This document shows, in pieces, positions 27,723-36,919 of a stretch of DNA of 60,234 bases. This DNA comes from a virus. Lineage: Duplodnaviria; Caudoviricetes. Made by a program: the position numbers and the translations under genes. Under the pieces are notes generated by a model. It made no database searches. It saw nothing but the letters and a program-made list of their open reading frames with translations, and had not been told where the DNA came from. Numbering within the stretch: position 1 is the stretch's first letter; every line of letters begins with the position of its first letter. The DNA is taken from positions 1 to 60,234 of IMG/VR virus record IMGVR_UViG_3300045996_001815; one strand, given 5' to 3'.

Positions 27723-28384
27723 ATGGCGAAAAATCTAGCGCGCAGCAATTCTCTGATCCTTAGGGAGACCCCTACCGTCTTCTCGGGGCTCCGGGGCCTT
27801 GGTTCAGGGCCCGATTCCAGTCCAGATGTACAGCGGCGAAAAATTGTGCGGAACCGTTCGCCATCAATGGCACGCGGTCTCGTCCCCCACCGGCCAGCTC
27901 CAAGCGCTGACGGGCTTTGTCTCCCATGAACCCGCTTTTCGCGTCGCCGCTTCTGGGCAGCTCCGCCGGCCCGGATCAAAGGCCGTTTCGCCAAACTGCT
28001 TGCGCATTTTCGGCCGAGCCGCCGGCTCCACCGGGTTCGGGTTCTAAAAATGCGCGCCAATCGCCTGCTGTCTTGAGGGGCCTGGACAGGCTTTGATCCA
28101 GCACAAACTTCGCGCCTCGGGCGAGGTCGCGGCGCGGGCGCAGCGCGGCAGGGGGCGCGGGAACAAAGAAATTTGTGGCGGCTTACCGGATGCGGGTATA
28201 GATTCCCGCACCGCCCGGTGCTCCGACACTGACCTAGTAACTCATTCCCGGACACCTGGCGCGCGGCTTGCCGGCCGCGGCCATACGCCTCGACATCCGA
28301 AAGGGTGCCGGGGCGTTTGTGCTTATAGAGCCTTCCGAGTGCCGGGTCAAATCGCACTGCGGTAAACCGCTACGCATAATCCAA

Positions 28385-28447
28385 ACGACTATTTGCCGTC
28401 ACACGGGACAAATAGTCCTTGACATGCGGGACGAATAGTCCCACATT
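28385..28447 (+). promoter_or_regulatory. OL-like operators and PL-like promoter
   Basis: GGGACGAATAGTCCC at 28428-28442 is the exact reverse complement of 27343-27357; GGGACAAATAGTCCT at 28405-28419; TTGACA at 28419-28424. Confidence 0.82.
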
Positions 28448-28480
28448 TGCGCCCATCGAACACCGATGGAGCGAGCGCAG

Positions 28481-30066
28481 ATGCCCGACCCAACCAACAC
28501 TCCGTTTCCAGAGCCGCGACCGCCGGCCGTCATGGTGGCCCTGCTCTGCGCAGGCCTCGTCGTCCTGACGCTGGCCCTGTGCAAGTTCGCGGGCGAGTCC
28601 GAGCTCGGCTCCGACCACGTCACCTTCCAGGCTGCTGAGTGCCAGCAGGTCGGCTCCACGCTCACCTGCAGCCGCACGGTGGGGGCGCGATGATCTCCAT
28701 CGACACCATCCTGCACCCCGGCGATGAGCGCGTTCAACATCGGACCGTCGAGCTTTGCTCGATTACCGGAGACCACGCTTGGCGTGACGATGAGTGCACG
28801 ACCTGCGGCGCTCGCATCAGACGCGACTTACCGAGAAGGGATCAGATCCGCAAATACCACGCTGACCTGGCGGCGAAGTCTGCTAACAGAAAAGGCGGTG
28901 CAGCATGAGTGGTCCAAAGTTCATGGCCCGCTGCACCAGCTGCAAGCAAGCAGCAGCCATGACCGCTGAGCAGTTGCAGGAAGCGCGCGAAATTGGCTGC
29001 GCCTTCTCCGACTGCTGCGGCGCCGTCGCCACCGTAGAGAGCGTCACGGTGCGCCTCGCACAGTCCAAGCGCTCGTCCGCTCAATCCCGCCGCGATGCCA
29101 AGCGCAGGGCCGAGGACGCGAAGTATTTGCAGCCGGGCTGGTCGTTGCCGGAGGTTCGGTCATGACCGCCGCCGACATCCGCGCCGCGCTCGACGACACC
29201 ACTCTGGTGAGCCTGCAGGCGATGCAGCGCACGTTGCTGAGCCGGCTGCGTACTGCGCCAGCGATCCAGCTGGACGCTCAGCAGGACATTGACGACGACT
29301 ACCGCGCGCAGTTGACGGCGATCGACGAAGAAATCCTGCAGCGCACGGCGAAGTTCGCCCACAACGCAGGCATGCCGTGGACCACGCTGGACGACAACCG
29401 CCTCAAGCGCCTTGCCGGTGCCGGCGAAGCGATAGAGGCGATTGCCAGCACGCTCGGCCGCACCTGCGCCGGCGTCTGTCAGCACGCCGCCCGATTCGGA
29501 TACGAATTCGGCAACGACGGTCGCGCGACCGTCGCCAGCCAAGCGCATTGCCCCGCTGCGCCAAATTGCGAGGAGACTGAATGGAGGGATTGCAGCTGTG
29601 TAGCCGCCGAACGTGATGGCAGCGCCATCGACGCCACAACCATAGACTCGATTCATTCCGCAGTTCTTGGATCCGCTGGGGCCGCGCCAGCGCCGCACAC
29701 GGTAAGCGGCAAGGATCGGGACTGGCCTGCTCAATTCCCCCCGATAGACGGTCGCAGCGCTGAGCCGAGCCTCGAGCAGCGGCGTGACAGGGATTTCGTT
29801 CGGCAGGTGGCAGCGGTGCGAGGTGCTCTATGAGGCGCCGCAAACCCCTACGACAAGTGATGCTGATGGCCGCACGCGCTGCGCACCGCGAATTCAACGC
29901 CGCGCCTGCATGCCACGTGAGCTTCGCCACCGTTCGCCGGCGCCGAGTGTTCGTGCAGCGCGATCACAACGGTGATGCATATCCGCTCGCCGACCTGCGT
30001 CGATGCTGGAGACCTGATGGTGTGTATCGGACTCCGTTGCACGCCGCATTCGAGGTGACTCCATGA
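28481..30066 (+). CDS. Run of five coupled early hypothetical genes (28481-28693, 28690-28908, 28905-29165, 29162-29833, 29830-30066)
   Basis: ATGA overlaps; several Cys pairs; one TM protein. Confidence 0.55.
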
Positions 30067-30194
30067 GCCTGCTGCGCCTGCTCTGTAACTATCTGGTGGT
30101 TATCTGGGGCCAGCTTCGTTATCTGGTTTTCTGCATCGCGCATGAGCTGCGCGAACTCTTCAAACGCTAATCCAACAACATTGGGAGGACGGTC

Positions 30195-30527
30195 ATGCTT
30201 GCACTGGGACGCAAACTCGGACAGCGGATTCTCATTGGACCTATTGGCGCACCGACGGTAACGCTGCAACTGGTTCGCATGCGTGGCTACAGCGTCGAGA
30301 TCGAATCCAACGGGGTGTTGCTTGAGTTGCAGATTGGGTCAGCGATCCCTTTAGCCGAGGGTATCTCGGTGCGCTTGTTGACGCTTGACAGGCGCCACGC
30401 ACGTTTCGGGGTGCTCGCTCCTCGGGATGTTCCGGTGCATAGGGAAGAGATCGCTCTCAAGATTGCGGGCCAGCGCCCGCGCGGTTTCTTGCGGCTGCCG
30501 TTCCAGGCTTCGAGGAGCGCACCATGA
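30195..30527 (+). CDS. csrA: Tandem-domain CsrA/RsmA-like RNA-binding protein
   Basis: MLALGRKLGQRILIG N-terminus and GV.APRDVPVHREEI signature about 85 aa apart. Confidence 0.8.
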   Translation: MLALGRKLGQRILIGPIGAPTVTLQLVRMRGYSVEIESNGVLLELQIGSAIPLAEGISVRLLTLDRRHARFGVLAPRDVPVHREEIALKIAGQRPRGFLRLPFQASRSAP

Positions 30528-30982
30528 GCATCCTGTTGCAACGATGGGTTGCGGGCCGCGTGCGCACGCCTGGCCGATTCTGGCGGACTGTGCGTCGCAT
30601 CGATTCGCGCAGCATCGATCTGGTCACTGCGGTCGTGCACTTCTGGATGATCATCGCTTGCGCTCTAGTGCTGCTCGGCATGAGCGGCTGCGCGAGCAAC
30701 GGCACGATGATGCGTATCGGCCTGCACGCTGACATCACTGATGTGGTGCGCGGGTGCGACCGCGATCGCAATCTCGCGTGCGGACTGAAGGGCCCGCGGG
30801 ACATTGCAGTGATCGAGCTCATGTATGCGCCTGGGTTGCGCACCGATTCGACGATCACGCCCTACTGCTCGTGGCTGCACAAGAGCCACTACAGCGCTGG
30901 CAAGCCATTCAACAACAACTTCGAGCAGGTTGTGGACGCGCCTGGCTGCGGCGGGTTCGTGCAGTTCGGTGGCCGCCGATGA
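30524..30982 (+). CDS. Putative outer-membrane lipoprotein (H-x-S motif)
   Basis: Lipobox-like MSGC, LHKSH..GKPFN, C-terminal FVQF. Confidence 0.55.
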   Translation: MSILLQRWVAGRVRTPGRFWRTVRRIDSRSIDLVTAVVHFWMIIACALVLLGMSGCASNGTMMRIGLHADITDVVRGCDRDRNLACGLKGPRDIAVIELMYAPGLRTDSTITPYCSWLHKSHYSAGKPFNNNFEQVVDAPGCGGFVQFGGRR

Positions 30983-32500
30983 GCGCCGCGATCTACAGCC
31001 TCAAGTGGCGCACTGTTATGGGCCGACCGATCCACGTGGCACCGGTGGCTCGCCGCGAGCTCTCCATCGACTGGGATAGCGAGCGCCTGCGCTGCTGGTC
31101 ACGACCGAAGCTGCCGCAGCTGTCGAGCCTCCAGGGCGAGTTGCTGGTCGCGAAGGCGATGTGCACTCTGTTCGCCGCGGGCATCGTGGCGATCACCACC
31201 GCGCTGAAGGTGTTGGCATGAACCTCGCCGCCTGCTGCCCCACGTGCGGGATGCTGCCTGGCTCGTGCCGGCACACGACCGAGGGCCAGATTTCTATTCC
31301 AACCTGCTCCCAGCCTGCCGCTGCTGCAGCTGTCGTTCCCCCTGCAATCGCGGCAGTTCGGCCAGTCATGAGCCCCGCATCCGTCGGGTGCCTGCTCGCC
31401 GCTGCAACTCCACACCCGGCGCTGCGTGACGAGGTGCTCGCTGCAATAGACGCGGAGCTGGAGAAGCGCGAGAGGATCTATCAGGCGAGTCGCAGCGTCG
31501 AGGGCCGGCAATGAAAGTCACGATCACGCTCACCGTCGACGTGCGCACTGCGGACGACATCAACGTCTTCTATTCCAAGATCATGCAGGGGAACGAGCAG
31601 GCAGCGTGCCAGCACCCGCAGACCATGCAGTTCCTGGCGAAGGCTGCACGTGCGATTCAGAACGCGGCCGGCTACCAGCGTCAGATCGAGCGGCAAGCTG
31701 CGGGAGGTGCGTGATGTGCCTCGCCGGAATGCAACCAGCCGAGCAGCTGCAGATCGAGGATGCGCTCGAGCTCGCAAGACTGTGCAACATCATGGCCGGC
31801 AACTGCGGCAAAGAGCACCGCGCCATCAGAGCCATTCTGCTGGCGTCCTGCGACCTGCTGACGCGACAGCACCTGATGCTGCGGCAGGCGAATCTGGTGC
31901 CACGTGTCGAGTTCCAAGATCAGGGGAGCGCGCACTGATGATTACCGCCACCATAGTAATCGGCATGGCGCTGCTCATGACGCTCACAATGCCGAAGGAG
32001 TCGAACAGCAAGACTCCAGCAGAGATCGCCTGCGCCCGCTCAGGCAAGGTTGTGCAATTACGGTTGGCTCACATCGAACCTAGAGATGCGCGCAAGCACG
32101 ACAGCGATGTGCACGCTGAGTTAAGGACAGAATTAGCGTTCGCTTTGCACTTGATGCAAGTCAGCTCGGCGCGCCTAACTATCTGCATGGAGCGGCATGG
32201 GCTATGAAACACCTTTCCCTGCTCTGGCTGGGGCTTTGCCTGGCTGTCCAAGCAAGTCCGGCATCAGCGCCGCCGTCACACTACCGCATCGAGGTCGACG
32301 TGTACGTCACCGACGAGCGCGCGCTATGTCAGCAGGCATGGCGCCTCGCTACGGCGGACCACAGCCACGACATCGCGACGCTGATCACCAAGGCCCGCGG
32401 TGAGTTCGTCGCATCGAAGTGCCTTGCCACCGTCTACCAGAAGCGTTCGCCCGATGGCGTGGCGAGCGCGGGCATCCATGTGATGGAGGTTTCAGAGTGA
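30979..32500 (+). CDS. Run of six small hypothetical genes (30979-31221, 31218-31514, 31511-31714, 31714-31938, 31938-32207, 32204-32500)
   Basis: Coupled start/stop overlaps; some with TM or signal segments. Confidence 0.5.
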
Positions 32501-33339
32501 ACGCAATCGTAGCTGTTTCAGGTGGGGCGCTTCCGGCCACCGCCACCGACATCAAGGCGCATGTACAACGCATCCAGCAGGTCATGAAGGCTGTGATGAA
32601 GGACAAGACGCATTTTGGCGTCATCCCTGGCACGCCCAAGCCCTCGCTCTGGAAGCCGGGCGCCGAGGTCCTGTGCGCCACATTCCACATCGCCGCGAGC
32701 TATCGGGTCGAGGACCTCTCTGACTCCGACAGCGTTCGCTACCGCGTGACTTGCATTGGCACCCACCAGGGCAGCGGCGTTGTGCTCGGGGAAGGCATGG
32801 GCGAGTGCTCCACCAACGAAGAGAAATACAAGTGGCGCAAGTCCTATAGGCGAGAGTTCGAGAGCACCGACGAGAGCCGCCGCAGAACAAAGTACGGCTG
32901 GGACAAAGAGAAAAAGCAGGAGTACGAGATTCATCAGGTGCGCACCGAGCCAGCGGACCTGGCCAACACCGTGCTCAAGATGGCCTGCAAGCGAGCCCAG
33001 GTGGCGATGACTCTGAACGTCACGGCTGCCTCGGACTGCTTCACCCAAGACCTGGAGGACATGCCGGAAGAGTTGCGCGTCGGCGTCGAGGACGAGCAGC
33101 CGCGTCAACACTCCAAGCCGCCCACCCAATCACCGAAGTCAAACGGCAACACCGGCATCGCCACTGAGAAGCAGCTCGGACTGATTCGCAAGAAGCTCGA
33201 CAGCGCGGGCATCTCGGCCGAAGACCTGTGTAAGCGTTACAGCATCGATGCGCTCGCAGCGCTCCCATTCGACAAGGTGAACGACGCGCTTGCGTGGATC
33301 CAGAGCGGCGGCGAGCGCGAGCCAGGCTCGGAAGGCTGA
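32497..33339 (+). CDS. Putative single-strand annealing recombinase
   Basis: IPGT.KPSL.KPGAE, NTVLKMA.KRA, FTQDLED; next to an exonuclease. Confidence 0.65.
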   Translation: MNAIVAVSGGALPATATDIKAHVQRIQQVMKAVMKDKTHFGVIPGTPKPSLWKPGAEVLCATFHIAASYRVEDLSDSDSVRYRVTCIGTHQGSGVVLGEGMGECSTNEEKYKWRKSYRREFESTDESRRRTKYGWDKEKKQEYEIHQVRTEPADLANTVLKMACKRAQVAMTLNVTAASDCFTQDLEDMPEELRVGVEDEQPRQHSKPPTQSPKSNGNTGIATEKQLGLIRKKLDSAGISAEDLCKRYSIDALAALPFDKVNDALAWIQSGGEREPGSEG

Positions 33340-33342
33340 GCC

Positions 33343-33918
33343 ATGCTGGAGTTCGACGCCAGCACGCATACGTACACACTCGGTGGCCGCAAGCTGCCGA
33401 GCGTCTCGGAGATCATCGCGCCGCTTGTGGACTACTCAAACGTCCCTGCGCACGTGCTTGCCGCTGCGTGTGAATTCGGTCGTAACGTCCATCAGTCTTG
33501 CGATCTCTACAACCGCGATCAGCTCGACTGGGGCTCTTTGGATCCGGCGCTTGAGCCGTGCGTGAGCGCGTGGGCTAGGTTCCTGGAGGAATCCGGTGCG
33601 GTCGTCGTTGGGAGCGAGATGCGCGTCTACCACGAGGTGCTGGGTTATGCCGGCACGGCTGACCTGCTGCTTGCTTGGGGTAGCCGCTGGGTCATTCCTG
33701 ACATAAAGGCCACCGCCGTGGTGCCTCGCACAGTTGGGATTCAGACCGCAGCCTACTCGCGCGCGTATGCCCAAATGCACACCTGCGCCGAACCGGAGCG
33801 CTACTGCATCCACTTGCAGGACGGCAAGTACCGCTCTCACAGGCGCACCGATCCATCTGACTGGGCGATGTTCCAGTCGTGTCTCAACGTGTGGAGATTC
33901 AACAATGCAAACACCTGA
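33343..33918 (+). CDS. PD-(D/E)XK exonuclease
   Basis: H.Y...G..LPSVS, YAGT.D, DIK, Q.AAY. Confidence 0.8.
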   Translation: MLEFDASTHTYTLGGRKLPSVSEIIAPLVDYSNVPAHVLAAACEFGRNVHQSCDLYNRDQLDWGSLDPALEPCVSAWARFLEESGAVVVGSEMRVYHEVLGYAGTADLLLAWGSRWVIPDIKATAVVPRTVGIQTAAYSRAYAQMHTCAEPERYCIHLQDGKYRSHRRTDPSDWAMFQSCLNVWRFNNANT

Positions 33919-34567
33919 ACTCAGTCGAGACGCCGAAGTCGTCGCCATCGCCCCGCAGGTCGAACAGGCCGGCGCAGTGGCCGAGGTCAAGATCACCACG
34001 GCTGTGCAGTTCACCGAGGCCGGCGCCTGGCTGCGCACCATCAAGGGGCTGCGAGCCAAGATCGAAGCTGCCCGCGTCCGCATCACCCAGCCGATGAACC
34101 AGGCTCTGCGCGCAGTAAACGAGCAGGCGCGCCAGCAGGATGCGCCACTGCTGACCGCGGAGACCAAGATCAAACGCGGCATGGGCGAGTACACCGCCGA
34201 GCAGGATAGGCTGCGTCGGGAGGAGCAGCGGAAGGCCGACGAGCGCGCGCGCAAGGAGCAGGAGGCGCTGCAGGCAAAGGCCGTGGCTGTCGCCGCCAAG
34301 GGCAAGACCGAGCGCGCCCAGGAACTGCAGCACGCGGCCAGCACCGTGGTCGCGCCGGTGATCCAGCGCGAGCCTCCGAAGGTGGCCGGCATCGTCATGC
34401 GTGAGGCATGGAAATTCGAGGTGACCGACCCGGCCCTGGTGCCCCGCGAGTACATGAGCGTGGACGAGAAGAAGATCCGCGCCGTGGTCCAGGGGCTCAA
34501 GGGTGACGCCAAGATCCCCGGGGTGCGCGTGTACAGCGAGCAGCAGGTCGCGGCGGGAGCGGCGTAG
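33905..34567 (+). CDS. Coiled-coil recombination-region protein
   Basis: WKFEV.D..LVPREY...DEKKI...IPGV. Confidence 0.65.
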   Translation: MQTPELSRDAEVVAIAPQVEQAGAVAEVKITTAVQFTEAGAWLRTIKGLRAKIEAARVRITQPMNQALRAVNEQARQQDAPLLTAETKIKRGMGEYTAEQDRLRREEQRKADERARKEQEALQAKAVAVAAKGKTERAQELQHAASTVVAPVIQREPPKVAGIVMREAWKFEVTDPALVPREYMSVDEKKIRAVVQGLKGDAKIPGVRVYSEQQVAAGAA

Positions 34568-35263
34568 ATGACCAAGCGCCGCACCAATCGTGCCGCCTAT
34601 CAGCGGTGGAGCCCGCAGGAGGAATCACTCCTGCGCGAGCTCTACCCTGATACGCCGACGCATCTGATCGGGCCGAAGCTGGGGCGCGACCTCAAGAGCG
34701 TGCACACCAAGGCGTCTCAGATGGGGCTGCACAAGAGCGCTGCGTATCTTGACAGCCCCTTCGCCGGGCGGATTCGGCCGGGTTCCAATATCGGCGGCAA
34801 GGCCAGATTCAAGCCCGGGAATGTCCCTTGGACAAAAGGCATCAAGGGCTACCAGGCTGGAGGCCGCAGTCGGCAGACTCAATTCAAACCTGGCCAGGAG
34901 CCGCACAACGCAAAGCCCATCGGCGCCTACCGCATCAGCGATGGCGGCTACCTGAGCCGCAAGGTCGCCAGCATGGGTCCTGGCAAGTGCAAACAGAACT
35001 GGATGGGCGTTCACCGGCTGGTGTGGATGGAGGCCAACGGCCCGATCCCGCATGGCTACGCCGTCGTGTTCAAGCTTGGCATGCACACGACTCAGCTCGA
35101 GCAGATCACTTTGGATCGCCTGGAGCTCGTCACCCGCGCCGAACTCATGAAGCGCAACAGCGTCCACAACCTGCCGAAGGAACTTGCCCAAGTCGTCCAG
35201 CTGCGCGCTGTGCTGATCCGTCAAATCAACAAGCGAGTGAAACATGAAGACCGACATCAATAG
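34568..35263 (+). CDS. HNH endonuclease with FKPG..P repeats
   Basis: FKPGNVPW, FKPGQEPHN, VHRLVW...GPIP, LELVTRAE. Confidence 0.8.
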   Translation: MTKRRTNRAAYQRWSPQEESLLRELYPDTPTHLIGPKLGRDLKSVHTKASQMGLHKSAAYLDSPFAGRIRPGSNIGGKARFKPGNVPWTKGIKGYQAGGRSRQTQFKPGQEPHNAKPIGAYRISDGGYLSRKVASMGPGKCKQNWMGVHRLVWMEANGPIPHGYAVVFKLGMHTTQLEQITLDRLELVTRAELMKRNSVHNLPKELAQVVQLRAVLIRQINKRVKHEDRHQ

Positions 35264-35498
35264 CCTGCGCGAGCACCTTTTCGCCACCATCGAAGCCCTG
35301 CGCGATGACGAGAAACCGATGGACATACAGCGCGCCAAGGCCATCTCTGATGTGGCGCAGACCATTATCAACAGCGCCAAGGTAGAGGTGGACTTTGCTA
35401 ACGCAACCGGACAGCAAGTTGACTCGAAGTTTCTTCCGTCGACTGAAAAGCCCCCGCAGGCCGTCCAAGCACGCGCGTTGCCTCGGGCTGTGAAGTAA
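35244..35498 (+). CDS. Hypothetical protein
   Basis: LREHLF...RAKAI..VA..II..AK. Confidence 0.65.
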   Translation: MKTDINSLREHLFATIEALRDDEKPMDIQRAKAISDVAQTIINSAKVEVDFANATGQQVDSKFLPSTEKPPQAVQARALPRAVK

Positions 35499-35504
35499 GC
35501 GGCC

Positions 35505-35909
35505 ATGAACGAGCAGCGCATCATCATTGGCAAGGGCGGCGACATGACGCGAGCGTTCGCCGTCATTCAGGCGCTCGTGCGTGATGGCGCGACTGAGATC
35601 ACCGTGAAGCCGTATAAGGCGCGGCGCACAGTCGACCAAAATGCACTGCTATGGTCGATATACACAGAGATCATCAAGCGCGGCGGCGAGCAGATGGCTG
35701 GGTGGGACAAGGACGATTTGCACGAGCTGTTTCTGCAGCTTCACTTTGGCTCGAAGGTACTGACGCTCGGGCAGCACAAAAAGCGCACCGCATTGCGTCG
35801 TAGCTCCAGACTCAACAAGCAGGAGTTCAGTGATTTCGTCGAGTTCATCGTTCGTTACATGGCGAACGAGGGCGTTTACATCGAGCTGCCTGGGGAGGTG
35901 GCGGCATGA
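35505..35909 (+). CDS. ninB: NinB/Orf-like recombination protein
   Basis: RT.DQNA.LW, SS.L.K.EFS.F.E. Confidence 0.75.
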   Translation: MNEQRIIIGKGGDMTRAFAVIQALVRDGATEITVKPYKARRTVDQNALLWSIYTEIIKRGGEQMAGWDKDDLHELFLQLHFGSKVLTLGQHKKRTALRRSSRLNKQEFSDFVEFIVRYMANEGVYIELPGEVAA

Positions 35910-36205
35910 CGGACTTACGCGCCCTCGCCCGCGGCCAGCAATGCCATCTGCGCTTCGTAGGCACATGCCTGCGCAGCACCGAGACTGTGGTGCTGGCCCA
36001 CGCGCGGCGCGGTGCCGCTGGCGGTATGGGGATCAAGCCGCCAGACGTCTGCGGATTGCCCGCATGCTATGCATGTCACCAGGCGTGGGATGGGCAAACA
36101 AAGTCCCCGCACAGCCGAGCGCAAATGGACGCCGACGCGCTGCGCGGCCTCGTGCAATGGCTGACGTATCTCGTAAAGAACGGCCACATCACAACAGGAA
36201 TATGA
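35906..36205 (+). CDS. DUF1364/YbcO-like Zn nuclease
   Basis: ARGQ.C..R..G.C...ET.VLAH, G.G.KP.D, AC.ACH. Confidence 0.82.
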   Translation: MTDLRALARGQQCHLRFVGTCLRSTETVVLAHARRGAAGGMGIKPPDVCGLPACYACHQAWDGQTKSPHSRAQMDADALRGLVQWLTYLVKNGHITTGI

Positions 36206-36879
36206 CGATGCAACAAACCGAACCCGCTGAGCCGTTCGCTCCCAGGCTCTGGGCTGGTGTCCACCTTCGTCGCTACGCAGCGCGACGTGAGGACACGCTG
36301 AAGCGACTGGAGGAAGGCCGCGAGTACATCCGCGGCTACAAGCTCACGCGAGCCGACAGCATGAGCACCGACCGCTTCGGCTGCGGCGACATGCCTTGGC
36401 ACGGCGCCATCAACGCGTTCTCTGAGTCCGAGCGCCAGCGCACCGGCCAATGGGGCGCGGCACGCGTCATGTACACGGCCAAGATGGTGAGCGACGAAGT
36501 GCCGCGAATGATCCTGCTGTTCGAGCAGGAGCGCCGCGGGCTGCCCACGAGCTACAAGATGTGCGGCCACGACCCGCGACCGGCGACGCCGCTGCCTGAC
36601 AACCACCTGCGCTGCGTGCTCAACGTCCAGTGCCGCAACTGCCCGATGCTCAAGGCGATCGAGTCATCCACCGAAATGACCAACGAGGCGAAGGACGAGG
36701 CGAAGGCATGGACCTGCGCCACGCACATCCTGCTCAAGTCGCAGGAGTCTGCGTACTTCGAAGGATTTGTCCACGACAAAAGTGACGACGCGTTCGAGGA
36801 GCGGATGCTGTCGCTCGGCCGGCCAGCACCCGAGGACACGCGCGGTTGTGACACCCAAAGCAGGGAGGACTCCGAGTGA
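36202..36879 (+). CDS. Hypothetical protein
   Basis: ATGA-coupled; Cys/His cluster. Confidence 0.6.
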   Translation: MTMQQTEPAEPFAPRLWAGVHLRRYAARREDTLKRLEEGREYIRGYKLTRADSMSTDRFGCGDMPWHGAINAFSESERQRTGQWGAARVMYTAKMVSDEVPRMILLFEQERRGLPTSYKMCGHDPRPATPLPDNHLRCVLNVQCRNCPMLKAIESSTEMTNEAKDEAKAWTCATHILLKSQESAYFEGFVHDKSDDAFEERMLSLGRPAPEDTRGCDTQSREDSE

Positions 36880-36919
36880 GAAAGCCCGACTTCGAGATCG
36901 GCCCGGAGGGTGCGCGCTG

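Noticed and set aside
27578-28357. 259-aa minus-strand ORF
   Set aside because: Arg/Pro-rich, no motif or RBS, and overlaps cI antisense; typical high-GC spurious ORF
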